A DNA stretch of 57,336 nucleotides, the filler included, from an uncultured Clostridia bacterium (GTDB taxonomy: Bacteria; Aerophobota; Aerophobia; Aerophobales; B3-G15), in the NCBI GenBank assembly GCA_964482715.1. It is 8 parts of 8 records of this genome, joined end to end, with 100 filler letters (N's around TTAATTAATTAA, not from the genome) between each part and the next. Parts side by side here need not be neighbours in the genome. Positions count along the whole stretch, not along the records: positions 47,675 to 53,245 come from CAYZYX010000052.1; positions 53,346 to 57,336 come from CAYZYX010000054.1; 6 more parts are not named here. One strand, given 5' to 3'. Position numbers and translations under genes: made by a program. The notes beneath the pieces were generated by a model. The model was not told where the DNA came from. It did not search any database and was given only the letters and a program-made list of their open reading frames with translations. Shown piece after piece: positions 47,575 through 56,926 of the stretch. Position 1 is the first letter of the stretch. Every line of letters begins with the position of its first letter.

Positions 47575-47674
47575 NNNNNNNNNNNNNNNNNNNNNNNNNN
47601 NNNNNNNNNNNNNNNNNNTTAATTAATTAANNNNNNNNNNNNNNNNNNNNNNNNNNNNNNNNNNNNNNNNNNNN
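47575..47674. other. artificial contig linker
   Basis: N44-TTAATTAATTAA-N44. Confidence 0.98.
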
Positions 47675-48082
47675 ACCTGCTATGAAGGTGTATCTTCAGA
47701 AGATACTGAGTCAACCACCATTCGCTCAGCTCCCCAGCTTACCCTGACCAAATCAGATTCCCCAGACCCGGTTCAGGCAGGATCATCTCTTACCTACAGT
47801 TTAACCTACTCCAACCAGGGAAATGGCAATGCCACTTCCGTTACCCTTGTGGATAATCTTCCCCAGGAGGTAGATTACCTATCAAGCACCCCTTCTGGAA
47901 ACTATGATGAGCAAACTCACAGCTTAACCTGGGATATTGGAACTTTATCTCCGGGAGAAGAGGAAACTGTAACCGTAAATGTTCTTGTCCACTCACCCCT
48001 TGCCAGTGGAACAACCATCACCAACTCTGCCAGCATAACCTGCTATGAAGGTGTATCTTCTGAAGATAGTGAATCTACAACA
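47675..48082 (+). repeat. 363-bp (121-aa) tandem intragenic repeat unit
   Basis: ACCTGCTATGAAGGTGTATCTTC at 47675 and 48038; 47732-47786 is identical to the reverse complement of 53346-53400. Confidence 0.85.
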
Positions 48083-49186
48083 GTTACAGGAGCTCCTCAT
48101 CTGGAAATTTCCCTTAGCGCCGACAAAACCCTGGTGAAGACCTGTGACATAGTCACCTATAGGATAACTTACGGAAATGTGGGTGATCAGGATGCCACCG
48201 ACGTTGTTATCCATCTGGATATTCCTCCCTATGCCACTTACGTGCCGGGAAGTGGTGGTGATAAGGCAGTCTTAAGTAATAATGGAAGAACTATAACCTG
48301 GAAGCTGGGTTCTCTGAAAGCAAGAACAACAAACAAAATATTAAACTTCAAACTTCAAATTAATGAAGTAATTCCTGTAGGTATCACCGAACTTTCTACT
48401 TACGCCACTATCCAGTGTAAGGAAATAGATTCTGCAGATAGCAATGAAGTTACACTGCGCACGGTGGTTCCCTGTCTTAGTATCATTAAGATATCAAACA
48501 GGAGAGAGGTGGAACTGGGAGATTTCTTAACTTACACTATAAGGGTTGGAAATATAAGTTTAGATGACGAGATTACAGATCTAAAAATCACCGATATATT
48601 ACCCCGGGGATTTAAGTATGTTGAGGGAAGTACCCGGGTAAACGGGGAAGAATTTTCTGACCCTGAAAAAGGTGAGGGAGGCAAGAGAATCTGGAAAATA
48701 GATTCCCTATCACCTGGGTCTACGCTTGATCTTGCCTACGAGACTGTGGTTTGTGCCGGTGCCAAAATAGGAGAAAATATAAATAGTGCCAGGGTTGAAG
48801 GGCTAATTTCTGTTCCCGGTGAACCAGCTGTTTCCATATCAGCAGGTCCCGCTGTGGCAATTGTCAAAGTGGTAAGAGGAATCTTTAGTGACAGAGGTAG
48901 AATAATTGGAAAAGTATTCATAGATTCCAATCAAAATGGTATTCAGGATAAGGGTGAGGAGGGATTTGGAGGTATAACCTTAATTCTGGAAGATGGGACC
49001 CAGGTTATCACTGACGCTGACGGGATGTTTTCTATCCCGGCTCTTTCTCCGGGTGATCATCTCCTGAGCATTGATGTTGCTACTTTACCGGCCGATATAA
49101 AAGTTCTATCACCAAAATCCCAGTATGTCTATGTCCCTGCAGGAGCTACCGTGAAGGTCAACTTCACTGTGGTCAAAAAGAAATAA
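47675..49186 (+). CDS. C-terminal part of a large DUF11-repeat surface protein ending in an SdrD-B/Cna-B-like domain
   Basis: Open from contig start; repeated K......V..G..LTY.(I/L)...N.G...A..V...D.LP...Y; GKVFID.N.NG.QD.GE.G, TD.DG.FS. Confidence 0.88.
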   Translation, partial: TCYEGVSSEDTESTTIRSAPQLTLTKSDSPDPVQAGSSLTYSLTYSNQGNGNATSVTLVDNLPQEVDYLSSTPSGNYDEQTHSLTWDIGTLSPGEEETVTVNVLVHSPLASGTTITNSASITCYEGVSSEDSESTTVTGAPHLEISLSADKTLVKTCDIVTYRITYGNVGDQDATDVVIHLDIPPYATYVPGSGGDKAVLSNNGRTITWKLGSLKARTTNKILNFKLQINEVIPVGITELSTYATIQCKEIDSADSNEVTLRTVVPCLSIIKISNRREVELGDFLTYTIRVGNISLDDEITDLKITDILPRGFKYVEGSTRVNGEEFSDPEKGEGGKRIWKIDSLSPGSTLDLAYETVVCAGAKIGENINSARVEGLISVPGEPAVSISAGPAVAIVKVVRGIFSDRGRIIGKVFIDSNQNGIQDKGEEGFGGITLILEDGTQVITDADGMFSIPALSPGDHLLSIDVATLPADIKVLSPKSQYVYVPAGATVKVNFTVVKKK

Positions 49187-49288
49187 CCGTTATTCTTTTT
49201 CCCTGTTCCATTAGAAATTGCCCTCCATTTTTTCAACACTTTACCTTTGAGGAAAATCTTGTATCATTATAAACCAAAAAGGTGTAAA

Positions 49289-51166
49289 ATGAAGCAGAGG
49301 GTTTTTTTACTCCTCGGATTGGTTGGTGCCTATTTTATTTTTATTTCGACTTGCTGGGCCGGGAATGTGGCTGGGCCACCTTCAATAGAGGAAGTAATTG
49401 TTATATCAAAGTCAGATTCAAGTTCTGTACCGGATGATCAGAGTAAACTTGTGCGATATGGGGAGAATGTGACTCTTTATGCAACTGTAAAAAGCGAAAA
49501 TAGCTACTATCTTGGTTATACAGGGTCTCGTCTTCCGGACAGGGTAAAAATAAGGGGTAAAATATATTCTATTGAAAACGGTCTTCTCAAAAGGTGGAAA
49601 AAAGACTGGGAACCTCTTAAAATAAATTGGTTCAAAATAATGCCCCGTCCACAGCCTTCCTATGCGCCAGGTGAATACAAGTGGTATTCCAATGTGATTA
49701 CCGAGGGTGAATTTGAAGGAGGCTGGAGAGGATTTGATATAATTGAATATGAACAGTTTCCACTATCCCGGGAAGGCTGGACTTGTAAGCCAGAAAGAAA
49801 AGTAGGAACGGTGAGATTTAGAGCAGAAGTCATCTACAAAGGAAAGGTTTTTTCTTCACCTGGTAAACCTGATCCAGATCATCCAAGCGGTATCTCAGCC
49901 GAGGATTACGATAAAGGTATAAAGGATACAGTCCACCGAATAAGCCGTCTTTCCAATCATCCCAATCCTCTGATAAGATATGTGGAGGCATTAAAAGGAG
50001 TTCCCTGGTGCTGGGGAGTGGACTACCGGGATCCTCCAAAAAATACACCTTCCCGGCATCAAGCTGATCTTTCCAATCCAGTTGCTATTGAATGTTCAGA
50101 TCTTGTCATATCTGCTTTGAGAGCCATGGGAAATAAAAATCTTGTCTATACTTCAGCTCAAGATCTTGTAAAGGGAAGATATACACTTCCTGTTGGTAAA
50201 AATGAAGTTTATAGCCTTCAGCGCATCAGTTTATTTAAAAACTGGATTCCCAGGGGGATCCTTTGGTTTGATCACAAATTTTATATTTTTGGAAATAAAA
50301 AAATTCAGATAAGAGATGAAACGTTTTTGAAGCTTCTCAGGGAGATTAAAATTGAAGATTCCCGCTATGAAATTGTGGATATTGCTCTATCTCAAAAAGG
50401 TGAAATTTACTCTATCTTACAAAAAGATTTGGACAGGATTATCTGTCTGATAAGAGAAGGGAAAGTAGAGGAGATTTTTAAACCCGAGATTGAAAAAAGG
50501 ATAAAATTAAAGGGGACAGAATATTCCTGTAAGATTAGCATAAATCCAGGTAGTTTGGATGTTGATTCTGGAAAATTTTATCTTCTCGAATCTGATACAA
50601 TTCATGTATTTTCTATTGAGGGAAGATATTTAAGTTCTATTCTACTTGAGGGACTTTATGAAAATTATATTCCCACCGGACCTTTCTCTTTTAAAAAAGG
50701 ACTGTTTTATGTTCCCGTTGATAACAAGAGAATTGTTGTTTATAATGCCATCGGTAAGTTGGTTAAAAAACTAAATATGCAGGAAGATTTTATACAGGCT
50801 ATAGCGGTTCAGGAAGATAAGATCGCAGTTCTTTCCCTTTTTCCCTCCAGAATTCAGCTTTACAATCTTGATGGCTCATTTTTATGGGATTACAGTGACA
50901 GATGGCTTAATCAACAGGGTAAAGAGGTGAAAATAAGGATAGGTTCAAACAAGGATGATTTGCAGCTGGGTGATTTGATCATAACCATTGATCCAAGTTA
51001 TCACACCTTGCTACTTTACGAGGACAATGGGAATGGTTTTTTTGACAGTAAGGACAAGGTTATCTGTGCCGGGCACAAAGGGGTGGAAATAAGAGAAGCC
51101 AGTTATTTTGAGGGCAGAAAATTTGTGCTGAGGAAACTTAAACCCCAGATAAAAATTTCTCCTTGA
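49289..51166 (+). CDS. secreted protein with NlpC/P60-like catalytic motifs and an inserted beta-propeller
   Basis: Signal peptide; GVPWCWG...ECSDLV; propeller-like I.V(F/Y)...G..L repeats; LQLGDLI...HTLLLY. Confidence 0.6.
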   Translation: MKQRVFLLLGLVGAYFIFISTCWAGNVAGPPSIEEVIVISKSDSSSVPDDQSKLVRYGENVTLYATVKSENSYYLGYTGSRLPDRVKIRGKIYSIENGLLKRWKKDWEPLKINWFKIMPRPQPSYAPGEYKWYSNVITEGEFEGGWRGFDIIEYEQFPLSREGWTCKPERKVGTVRFRAEVIYKGKVFSSPGKPDPDHPSGISAEDYDKGIKDTVHRISRLSNHPNPLIRYVEALKGVPWCWGVDYRDPPKNTPSRHQADLSNPVAIECSDLVISALRAMGNKNLVYTSAQDLVKGRYTLPVGKNEVYSLQRISLFKNWIPRGILWFDHKFYIFGNKKIQIRDETFLKLLREIKIEDSRYEIVDIALSQKGEIYSILQKDLDRIICLIREGKVEEIFKPEIEKRIKLKGTEYSCKISINPGSLDVDSGKFYLLESDTIHVFSIEGRYLSSILLEGLYENYIPTGPFSFKKGLFYVPVDNKRIVVYNAIGKLVKKLNMQEDFIQAIAVQEDKIAVLSLFPSRIQLYNLDGSFLWDYSDRWLNQQGKEVKIRIGSNKDDLQLGDLIITIDPSYHTLLLYEDNGNGFFDSKDKVICAGHKGVEIREASYFEGRKFVLRKLKPQIKISP

Positions 51167-51205
51167 TACATTTTTTAAATAGATTTGAAAAGAGGTGATT
51201 CAACA

Positions 51206-51622
51206 ATGAGCAAAAGGGAATTTCTCTATGTAATTATGGGATTTTTTATTTTGCTTAATTTTTTGAGTTTTGCTTTTGCAGAGGAACAATGTGAAAATCA
51301 AACTTCCCGGGAAGAGGTTTCCATGGAAGTTAAAGTAAATATTGTTTCTAAAGAAATAACCTTTTCTGAAAGGGTCTTTAAGGAGCTACAGAATATTGTT
51401 ACCGAAATGATAAAAACACACTTTCCTGTTGAGTACACAAAGAGTGGAAAAATAACTGCGGAGATAAAAGTCCTGGAAAGGACTGAAAATGGTTATCTCT
51501 GTGAAAGTATTATTGGATTTTTATATAAAGAGACTTTCACACTGGTTTTAGTTCGAGTTGAATTTGAATACATTCCGGCTCAGATAAAGAACGTAAAGAT
51601 TCAGCGTAACTATTCACCATAG
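51206..51622 (+). CDS. hypothetical secreted protein
   Basis: GAGGTGA RBS; signal peptide ending AFA. Confidence 0.7.
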   Translation: MSKREFLYVIMGFFILLNFLSFAFAEEQCENQTSREEVSMEVKVNIVSKEITFSERVFKELQNIVTEMIKTHFPVEYTKSGKITAEIKVLERTENGYLCESIIGFLYKETFTLVLVRVEFEYIPAQIKNVKIQRNYSP

Positions 51623-51646
51623 ACATTTTTGATTGAAAATGTATCC

Positions 51647-52090
51647 ATGAGCTCGGATAAGAAATTTAGAGTTTATGCTGATGAAAACATCCCTTTCAAG
51701 GTGGTGAAGTTTCTGAGAAATACTTTGAACTGGGATGTCAAATATGTTTGTGAGGATAAAAACTTAAAAGAAAAAAGCGATCTTTATCACCACAGAGCGG
51801 CAAGAAGAAAAAAGAGAGTTCTTTTAACCCGTGATAGAGGCTTTCTTGATACCCATTGGTTCCCTTTTCATAGAACCGCTGGTGTGATCGTGTTAGAGGA
51901 GAGAAATACCAAGAGAATTATCTCCAGTCTCCTTTTATTGGCTCGCTTCATGGATAAATACTGGAATGAAAATTCAACCTGCCTTTCCTCAATAAAATTA
52001 AAAGTGGATTTAAAAGGAGTTACTGTTGTTGATCAGGGAGTCAAAGGTGAAAAAAAGGAAAAATTTTATCCCTGGGAAGAGAAGTTTTAG
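51647..52090 (+). CDS. DUF5615 / Mut7-C family PIN-like protein
   Basis: YADENIP..V...LR....DV..V, D......A....RVLLTRD..F. Confidence 0.8.
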   Translation: MSSDKKFRVYADENIPFKVVKFLRNTLNWDVKYVCEDKNLKEKSDLYHHRAARRKKRVLLTRDRGFLDTHWFPFHRTAGVIVLEERNTKRIISSLLLLARFMDKYWNENSTCLSSIKLKVDLKGVTVVDQGVKGEKKEKFYPWEEKF

Positions 52091-52188
52091 TTTACCCTTG
52101 CGGAACTCTGAAAAAATCATTCGTTCAAAAATTATCTCATTCCAATTTATTTTAAGATCTCTTTAGGGATAGACCGTAAAAACATTCT

Positions 52189-52947
52189 TCACTTTTCGGA
52201 TAGCATTTTATCAAGGAAATCTACTTTCTCTTCAAGTTGATTTATTTCCATTTTCAGGTGCTCAATCTTTTCTTTTAGTTCCTTAATTAATTCAAGAATT
52301 TTCTCCTTTTCTCTTTTAGCTTTAGTGTATACTACCACATTATCCCAATATTGATCTGACGGATAATAAAGATAAAGTGCAATTTTTCCTTCCGGGAATT
52401 CTTTAGTTTTAAGTGTAGTTCTTAGCTTTCCATTTACAAAGGCTTTGAACTGGTCATCTTTTACTTCAACTCTTATACGCAGGTTCTCTCCGGGTTTGTG
52501 TCCCAGTTCCTGTCTTTCTAACATAAGCCCCCAATTTCCATTTTTTCTTATATGCCAGTAAATATCGTTATAGACAGGGCGAATTATTAAGGCAATACCA
52601 TTGTTATGATCCTGTGCTCTAACCAACAGTCCACCATCTTTTGCATTTATGAAGTCCGCCTCTATAGTATAGTTCCTCCAGCTTAAATCACCTGCAGTAG
52701 AAAATCTGAGTGTCCCCGTAGTCGCAGTATATTTACCATCTACTATTTTCCAGTTTCCCACCTCATTTCCAAAACCTTGGGCAATAGAATCATTGAAATC
52801 TTCCTTAAGTAATATCTTCTTTTCTCTCTCTTGTGCCCCTACCCAAGATACAAAAAGAAGAGAAATTGTAAGAAAGCCCAGAATAAAAAATAATACAAAA
52901 CTTTTTCTTCCAATCATACAGAAAATATGTTTTTTTCTCTTTTCCAT
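52189..52947 (-). CDS. secreted DUF1080/LamG-like beta-jelly-roll protein with a C-terminal coiled coil
   Basis: EDF......GNW.I.DG, W.NY..E.D, FVNG, G.I.L......WDNV.V. Confidence 0.7.
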   Translation of the reverse strand: MEKRKKHIFCMIGRKSFVLFFILGFLTISLLFVSWVGAQEREKKILLKEDFNDSIAQGFGNEVGNWKIVDGKYTATTGTLRFSTAGDLSWRNYTIEADFINAKDGGLLVRAQDHNNGIALIIRPVYNDIYWHIRKNGNWGLMLERQELGHKPGENLRIRVEVKDDQFKAFVNGKLRTTLKTKEFPEGKIALYLYYPSDQYWDNVVVYTKAKREKEKILELIKELKEKIEHLKMEINQLEEKVDFLDKMLSEK

Positions 52948-53245
52948 TTTCCTCCTCCTGTTACAAATTTTTGCTTGAGAAAGAAGCCGTAGATTCAGTT
53001 TATTAGTATCAAGTCCATCAAAATACTGTCTTAAAGTACCTCAAGTTGTGTCTGGCTTTATTTATTTTTATTATATTATAATATAATTTTTTCAAGAAAT
53101 TCTGGATGTATAATAAAAATTGTGGTAAGAAAATGTTTGGTAAGAGGATATATCCTGCTCCAGGAGGGAATTTGATGAATCCAGTGGTTTTCAAAAATAT
53201 GGGTGGAAAAATGACAAAATTTATGTTAAAATGGGTACCCACCCC

Positions 53246-53345
53246 NNNNNNNNNNNNNNNNNNNNNNNNNNNNNNNNNNNNNNNNNNNNTTAATTAATTA
53301 ANNNNNNNNNNNNNNNNNNNNNNNNNNNNNNNNNNNNNNNNNNNN
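53246..53345. other. artificial contig linker
   Basis: N44-TTAATTAATTAA-N44. Confidence 0.98.
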
Positions 53346-53871
53346 ATGATCCTGCCTGAACCGGGTCTGGGGAATCTGATTTGGTCAGGGTAAGCTGGGG
53401 TTGACGAACCAGAATCCCGGTAGTCTCCGTACCCGTAATCAGAGGGCGGGTGGGTGACATCTCCAGATCCCAGACCTCAACATTATTACTTAAAGTCCCT
53501 TGAGCATTGCTTTTAACCCTGACAACCAATTCGGCTTCCCAGGTTTCACCTGGGTAAAGCCATATGTTACCATCCCATTCAACATAATGACCTGCCGCAT
53601 TGTAACTTCCCCCACTTACCCAATCAACCTGAGAATCCAGATAACTTCTCACCATTCCAGCATAGATTTGCTCGTCGCCTGCAGTAAAACTAATCGTATA
53701 GGTGAGCTGTCCCCCGGGAGATACTGGATCGGGATTATCGGTGATATTTAAAGTAATTGCCCAGAGCGGATTTGTGAAAAAAAATATACTGATAAAAACG
53801 ATAACAATAAACCCTGCAATCAACCACCACTTTGAAATTTTCTTCAGGTTATCTATGGAAGATTGAACCAT
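53346..53871 (-). CDS. N-terminal part of the DUF11-repeat surface protein (contig-truncated)
   Basis: Signal peptide/TM; DNPDPVSPGGQLTYTI; ends in LTLTKSDSPDPVQAGS, identical to the repeat in contig 7. Confidence 0.88.
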
Positions 53872-53910
53872 ACCTTCTCCTTAAGATTTCATGAAATAAT
53901 AATGATATTT

Positions 53911-56541
53911 TTAGAGCTGACACACAATCCTCGCGTAAGGACCTCGAGCTTTCCATTCATTCTCTCCAGCCTTGAGGTCTTCGTATTCCTGAAAATTGTA
54001 GCCTGCTATCACCTTTAAATAGTGGGTTAACCTGTATCCTACCTCAACAGAAGTACTCACCCTTTGATCCTGTGTCTCAATGTGACGCAGGATCCGATAC
54101 TCCGTAGCAACATCGAACTTAAGTCCTATTTTATACGCCGGCCTTATCACAAACATATCACTGGTAGTTTCCTCTTCCTGTGAAAATCTTTTCTGTGCGT
54201 ACTTACCAAAAAGTGAGAGCCTATCTGTAAGATCATAAATTCCCTCACCTGCCAGAAGAATGGTAGTTGAAGTGGGAATATCGGATGTCCAATCCTCATC
54301 GGTTTTTATCTCACACTTTAAAAGCCCATTAAATCTGTCAAAATAAAGCGGTCTATAGGCAAGAGCAAGTGTGGTATCAGTTGAACGAGTCAACATTTTA
54401 TTAGTGTGGGCGTCCTGGTAACTCTCCTGAGAAAAACTCCCACTAAGAGTTATATTCTGGTGAGGTTTACCCTCGAGAGACAGGGATAAATTTTGAGATA
54501 TTTCGTCTTCACCTTGTTCCACTGTTGCTGCCAGAGAAGCAGAAAAATCAGGATGAGGAACATAATCTGTGGAAAAATCATATACGTAGGTTACTTCTGA
54601 GTCATTCTCAAATTTTTCCTTTCTCATCTCGTAGCCACCTTTTAAATTCAGCACCTCAAAAGGCGAATAATCAAATCCCAGGGAAAATGTATCAGAAATA
54701 GAATAATCAGAGTTATCAGTTAGCTGCAGCTCATACCCAATCTGGGTGGTCAGTTTTTCAGTAAGATCACCATCAAGAGTCAGCGTAGCTGTATGAATCC
54801 TGGTTTTCTCCATGTCCAGAAAAGACAGAGAGTCCTCGAAAGAGTAACTTCCCGCAATAGACCATCTCGCACCAAGCTGGGTTTCCCAGCCCAGAGTGGT
54901 CTTATGTGACTGACTTAGTTTATCAGACGTCTGTTTTTCTTTCTCCAGCTCGTATTCCTGTGTCAAAGAGGCTTCAATTAACTCGCCTATTTTAAAAGGT
55001 AAAGTAAGGGCCGCCCCTAACTTAGAGGTGTCACTACTGTAACCTGTATGATCAATGGAATCTTCCATGCTAAGTTCGAGAGTGTAGGTAAAACCACCTT
55101 TCTGGTTATCAATGGTTAAAGACAGTCCCTGATCGGTAGTATCGGTGACAGAAAAAATATCACCACCTTTTTCTTCTTTATTTTCCATATTAAAGCCAAG
55201 CGTTATTTCTGGAAATTTTTCACCTGCATAAATTAAACTAACCCCATAATTGGTGGTAATAGCTGTAGATCTTGCTGGATCACGAAGAACATTATCTCTT
55301 GATCTTTCAACTGTAGCCGAGAAATCAAAATCGGGGCTTAAACTGAAAGTGCCCTCCACTGTGTACTCTTCCACATCACTTTCCGTATCGGCAAAATCCA
55401 TAAAATTGGGTCTTACCTGTTTATAAGTACCCTTGAACTGGAGACCGGGCAAGGGAGTATAGTTCAAAACTAAACTACTGGCACTATCCTCCTCTTCCTG
55501 AGAGCTTCTGGCATATTCAGCTTCCACGCCAAGAAACTCACCCATGCCAATACTGGCATTAAAATCAGTCAGATTATGTGAACTATCGGAACGCTCATCC
55601 TGAAGATAGGTAATACCAAAGGAGGCATTTTCTCTAAGCTGCAAATTTATTTTTCCTCCAATTATTGTGGTTTTAGGAACTTCCTCAGGAGAAATGGCCT
55701 CATACTTTACCACAATAAAAATGGGATTTCCCTCCGGGGTCCAGCTTGGAACAAAACGTGAAAACATAATTCTTCCTCTTGTGTAATCAATAGTGTAATC
55801 AGTATCCTTAAACTGAGGAGTAGACTGCAAAACCTCATCCAGATCATCCTTGTCACGGACCTCAATGGTAACTCTTTCTGTTCCTTCTATTACTGGTTTG
55901 TGAGAAAGATAGTAGGGACCCCTGCTCCCCAGCCGACGGTTTCCATCGTCCTCACATATACCCCCCAAACATCTTTCTTCAGGAAACTCGTCCTCTGCAT
56001 AGATCTGATTGGTTCTGACATTAAAGAGAGTAAAACTGTGTTTTTCGCTTTCGTAGTGAATTTTAGCCCCTCTTAAAATCCGATCATAGGTGGCGAACTG
56101 AGTATCATTAAATTCAGTAGAATAACGTCCGTAAAGAAGGTAGGAGGTATCCTTCTGGAGCATAACGTAAAGTTTTCCCTGAGAACTTACATCAGTGGAA
56201 AGCTGACTTTTATCACCATAAACAGGATAGTATTTCTCAGGTTCAATGAATGCTTCTGCTGTTTCCAGAGCCGGCTTATCAGAATCAAAGGCCAGTTGAA
56301 GCAGATATTTTCCTTTTATTTTCCCTTTAAGGTAAAAAGCCACTCTTCCCTCAGAGTAAAATCCAGGAGTAAATTCATCTTCAGGTGCCGGTCCCTCTAT
56401 TTCAACATCACCCAGTTCCTGAACACCAAGACCCACCATAATAAGGTCGGTCCCTTCATCGGTAACAAGATGAATTATGCCCCATGCGGGAAAGTTGAGC
56501 AAGAAAAAAACCAGTATTGCAAATAAGAACTTCTTAGTCAT
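53911..56541 (-). CDS. large outer-membrane beta-barrel protein
   Basis: Signal peptide MTKKFLF...AWG; GRVAFYLKGKIKG, YYPVYGD.S, DYTIDY..GRI.F; about 550 aa of alternating amphipathic strands; acidic. Confidence 0.78.
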   Translation of the reverse strand: MTKKFLFAILVFFLLNFPAWGIIHLVTDEGTDLIMVGLGVQELGDVEIEGPAPEDEFTPGFYSEGRVAFYLKGKIKGKYLLQLAFDSDKPALETAEAFIEPEKYYPVYGDKSQLSTDVSSQGKLYVMLQKDTSYLLYGRYSTEFNDTQFATYDRILRGAKIHYESEKHSFTLFNVRTNQIYAEDEFPEERCLGGICEDDGNRRLGSRGPYYLSHKPVIEGTERVTIEVRDKDDLDEVLQSTPQFKDTDYTIDYTRGRIMFSRFVPSWTPEGNPIFIVVKYEAISPEEVPKTTIIGGKINLQLRENASFGITYLQDERSDSSHNLTDFNASIGMGEFLGVEAEYARSSQEEEDSASSLVLNYTPLPGLQFKGTYKQVRPNFMDFADTESDVEEYTVEGTFSLSPDFDFSATVERSRDNVLRDPARSTAITTNYGVSLIYAGEKFPEITLGFNMENKEEKGGDIFSVTDTTDQGLSLTIDNQKGGFTYTLELSMEDSIDHTGYSSDTSKLGAALTLPFKIGELIEASLTQEYELEKEKQTSDKLSQSHKTTLGWETQLGARWSIAGSYSFEDSLSFLDMEKTRIHTATLTLDGDLTEKLTTQIGYELQLTDNSDYSISDTFSLGFDYSPFEVLNLKGGYEMRKEKFENDSEVTYVYDFSTDYVPHPDFSASLAATVEQGEDEISQNLSLSLEGKPHQNITLSGSFSQESYQDAHTNKMLTRSTDTTLALAYRPLYFDRFNGLLKCEIKTDEDWTSDIPTSTTILLAGEGIYDLTDRLSLFGKYAQKRFSQEEETTSDMFVIRPAYKIGLKFDVATEYRILRHIETQDQRVSTSVEVGYRLTHYLKVIAGYNFQEYEDLKAGENEWKARGPYARIVCQL

Positions 56542-56606
56542 TCTTTTACACAGAGTCTCCTGAGTTTTTCTTAACCACACACAAAAACTTTCCCAAGGTC
56601 TTAAAA

Positions 56607-56915
56607 CTAATCATTTTCCGAAGGAGGCTCGGGTGGCTCTCCTAAGTCAGGCTCTGGTTTAGCTCCACCACCTCCCCCTCCACCAAAGCATCCAGATGAG
56701 ATTGCAGGAATTAAACTTACCAGAACTCCAAGAGGTCCTGCCACAAGGTATGCTCCTACCACAAGTGTGGCATAAGAGCCTATCATGAGATATCTTTTCT
56801 CATGATCCTGAAAAGTAAAAGCAGGTGATAAGGAAAAGGTGATAAGGAAAATTAAGGATAAGAGGATCATAAAAATTCCCCAGCCTCTTTTTGATAGTCT
56901 TCTTCTAAATACCAC
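56607..56915 (-). CDS. small membrane protein with a Gly/Pro-rich tail
   Basis: AAGGAGG RBS and GTG start; hydrophobic segments; SSGCFGGGGGGGAKPEPDLGEPPEPP. Confidence 0.7.
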   Translation of the reverse strand: MVFRRRLSKRGWGIFMILLSLIFLITFSLSPAFTFQDHEKRYLMIGSYATLVVGAYLVAGPLGVLVSLIPAISSGCFGGGGGGGAKPEPDLGEPPEPPSEND

Positions 56916-56926
56916 TTAAACCTCCT

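Noticed and set aside
47675-53400. Apparent large inverted repeat or invertible segment
   Set aside because: The two copies lie on different contigs placed in arbitrary orientation; they are collapsed tandem repeats of one gene.
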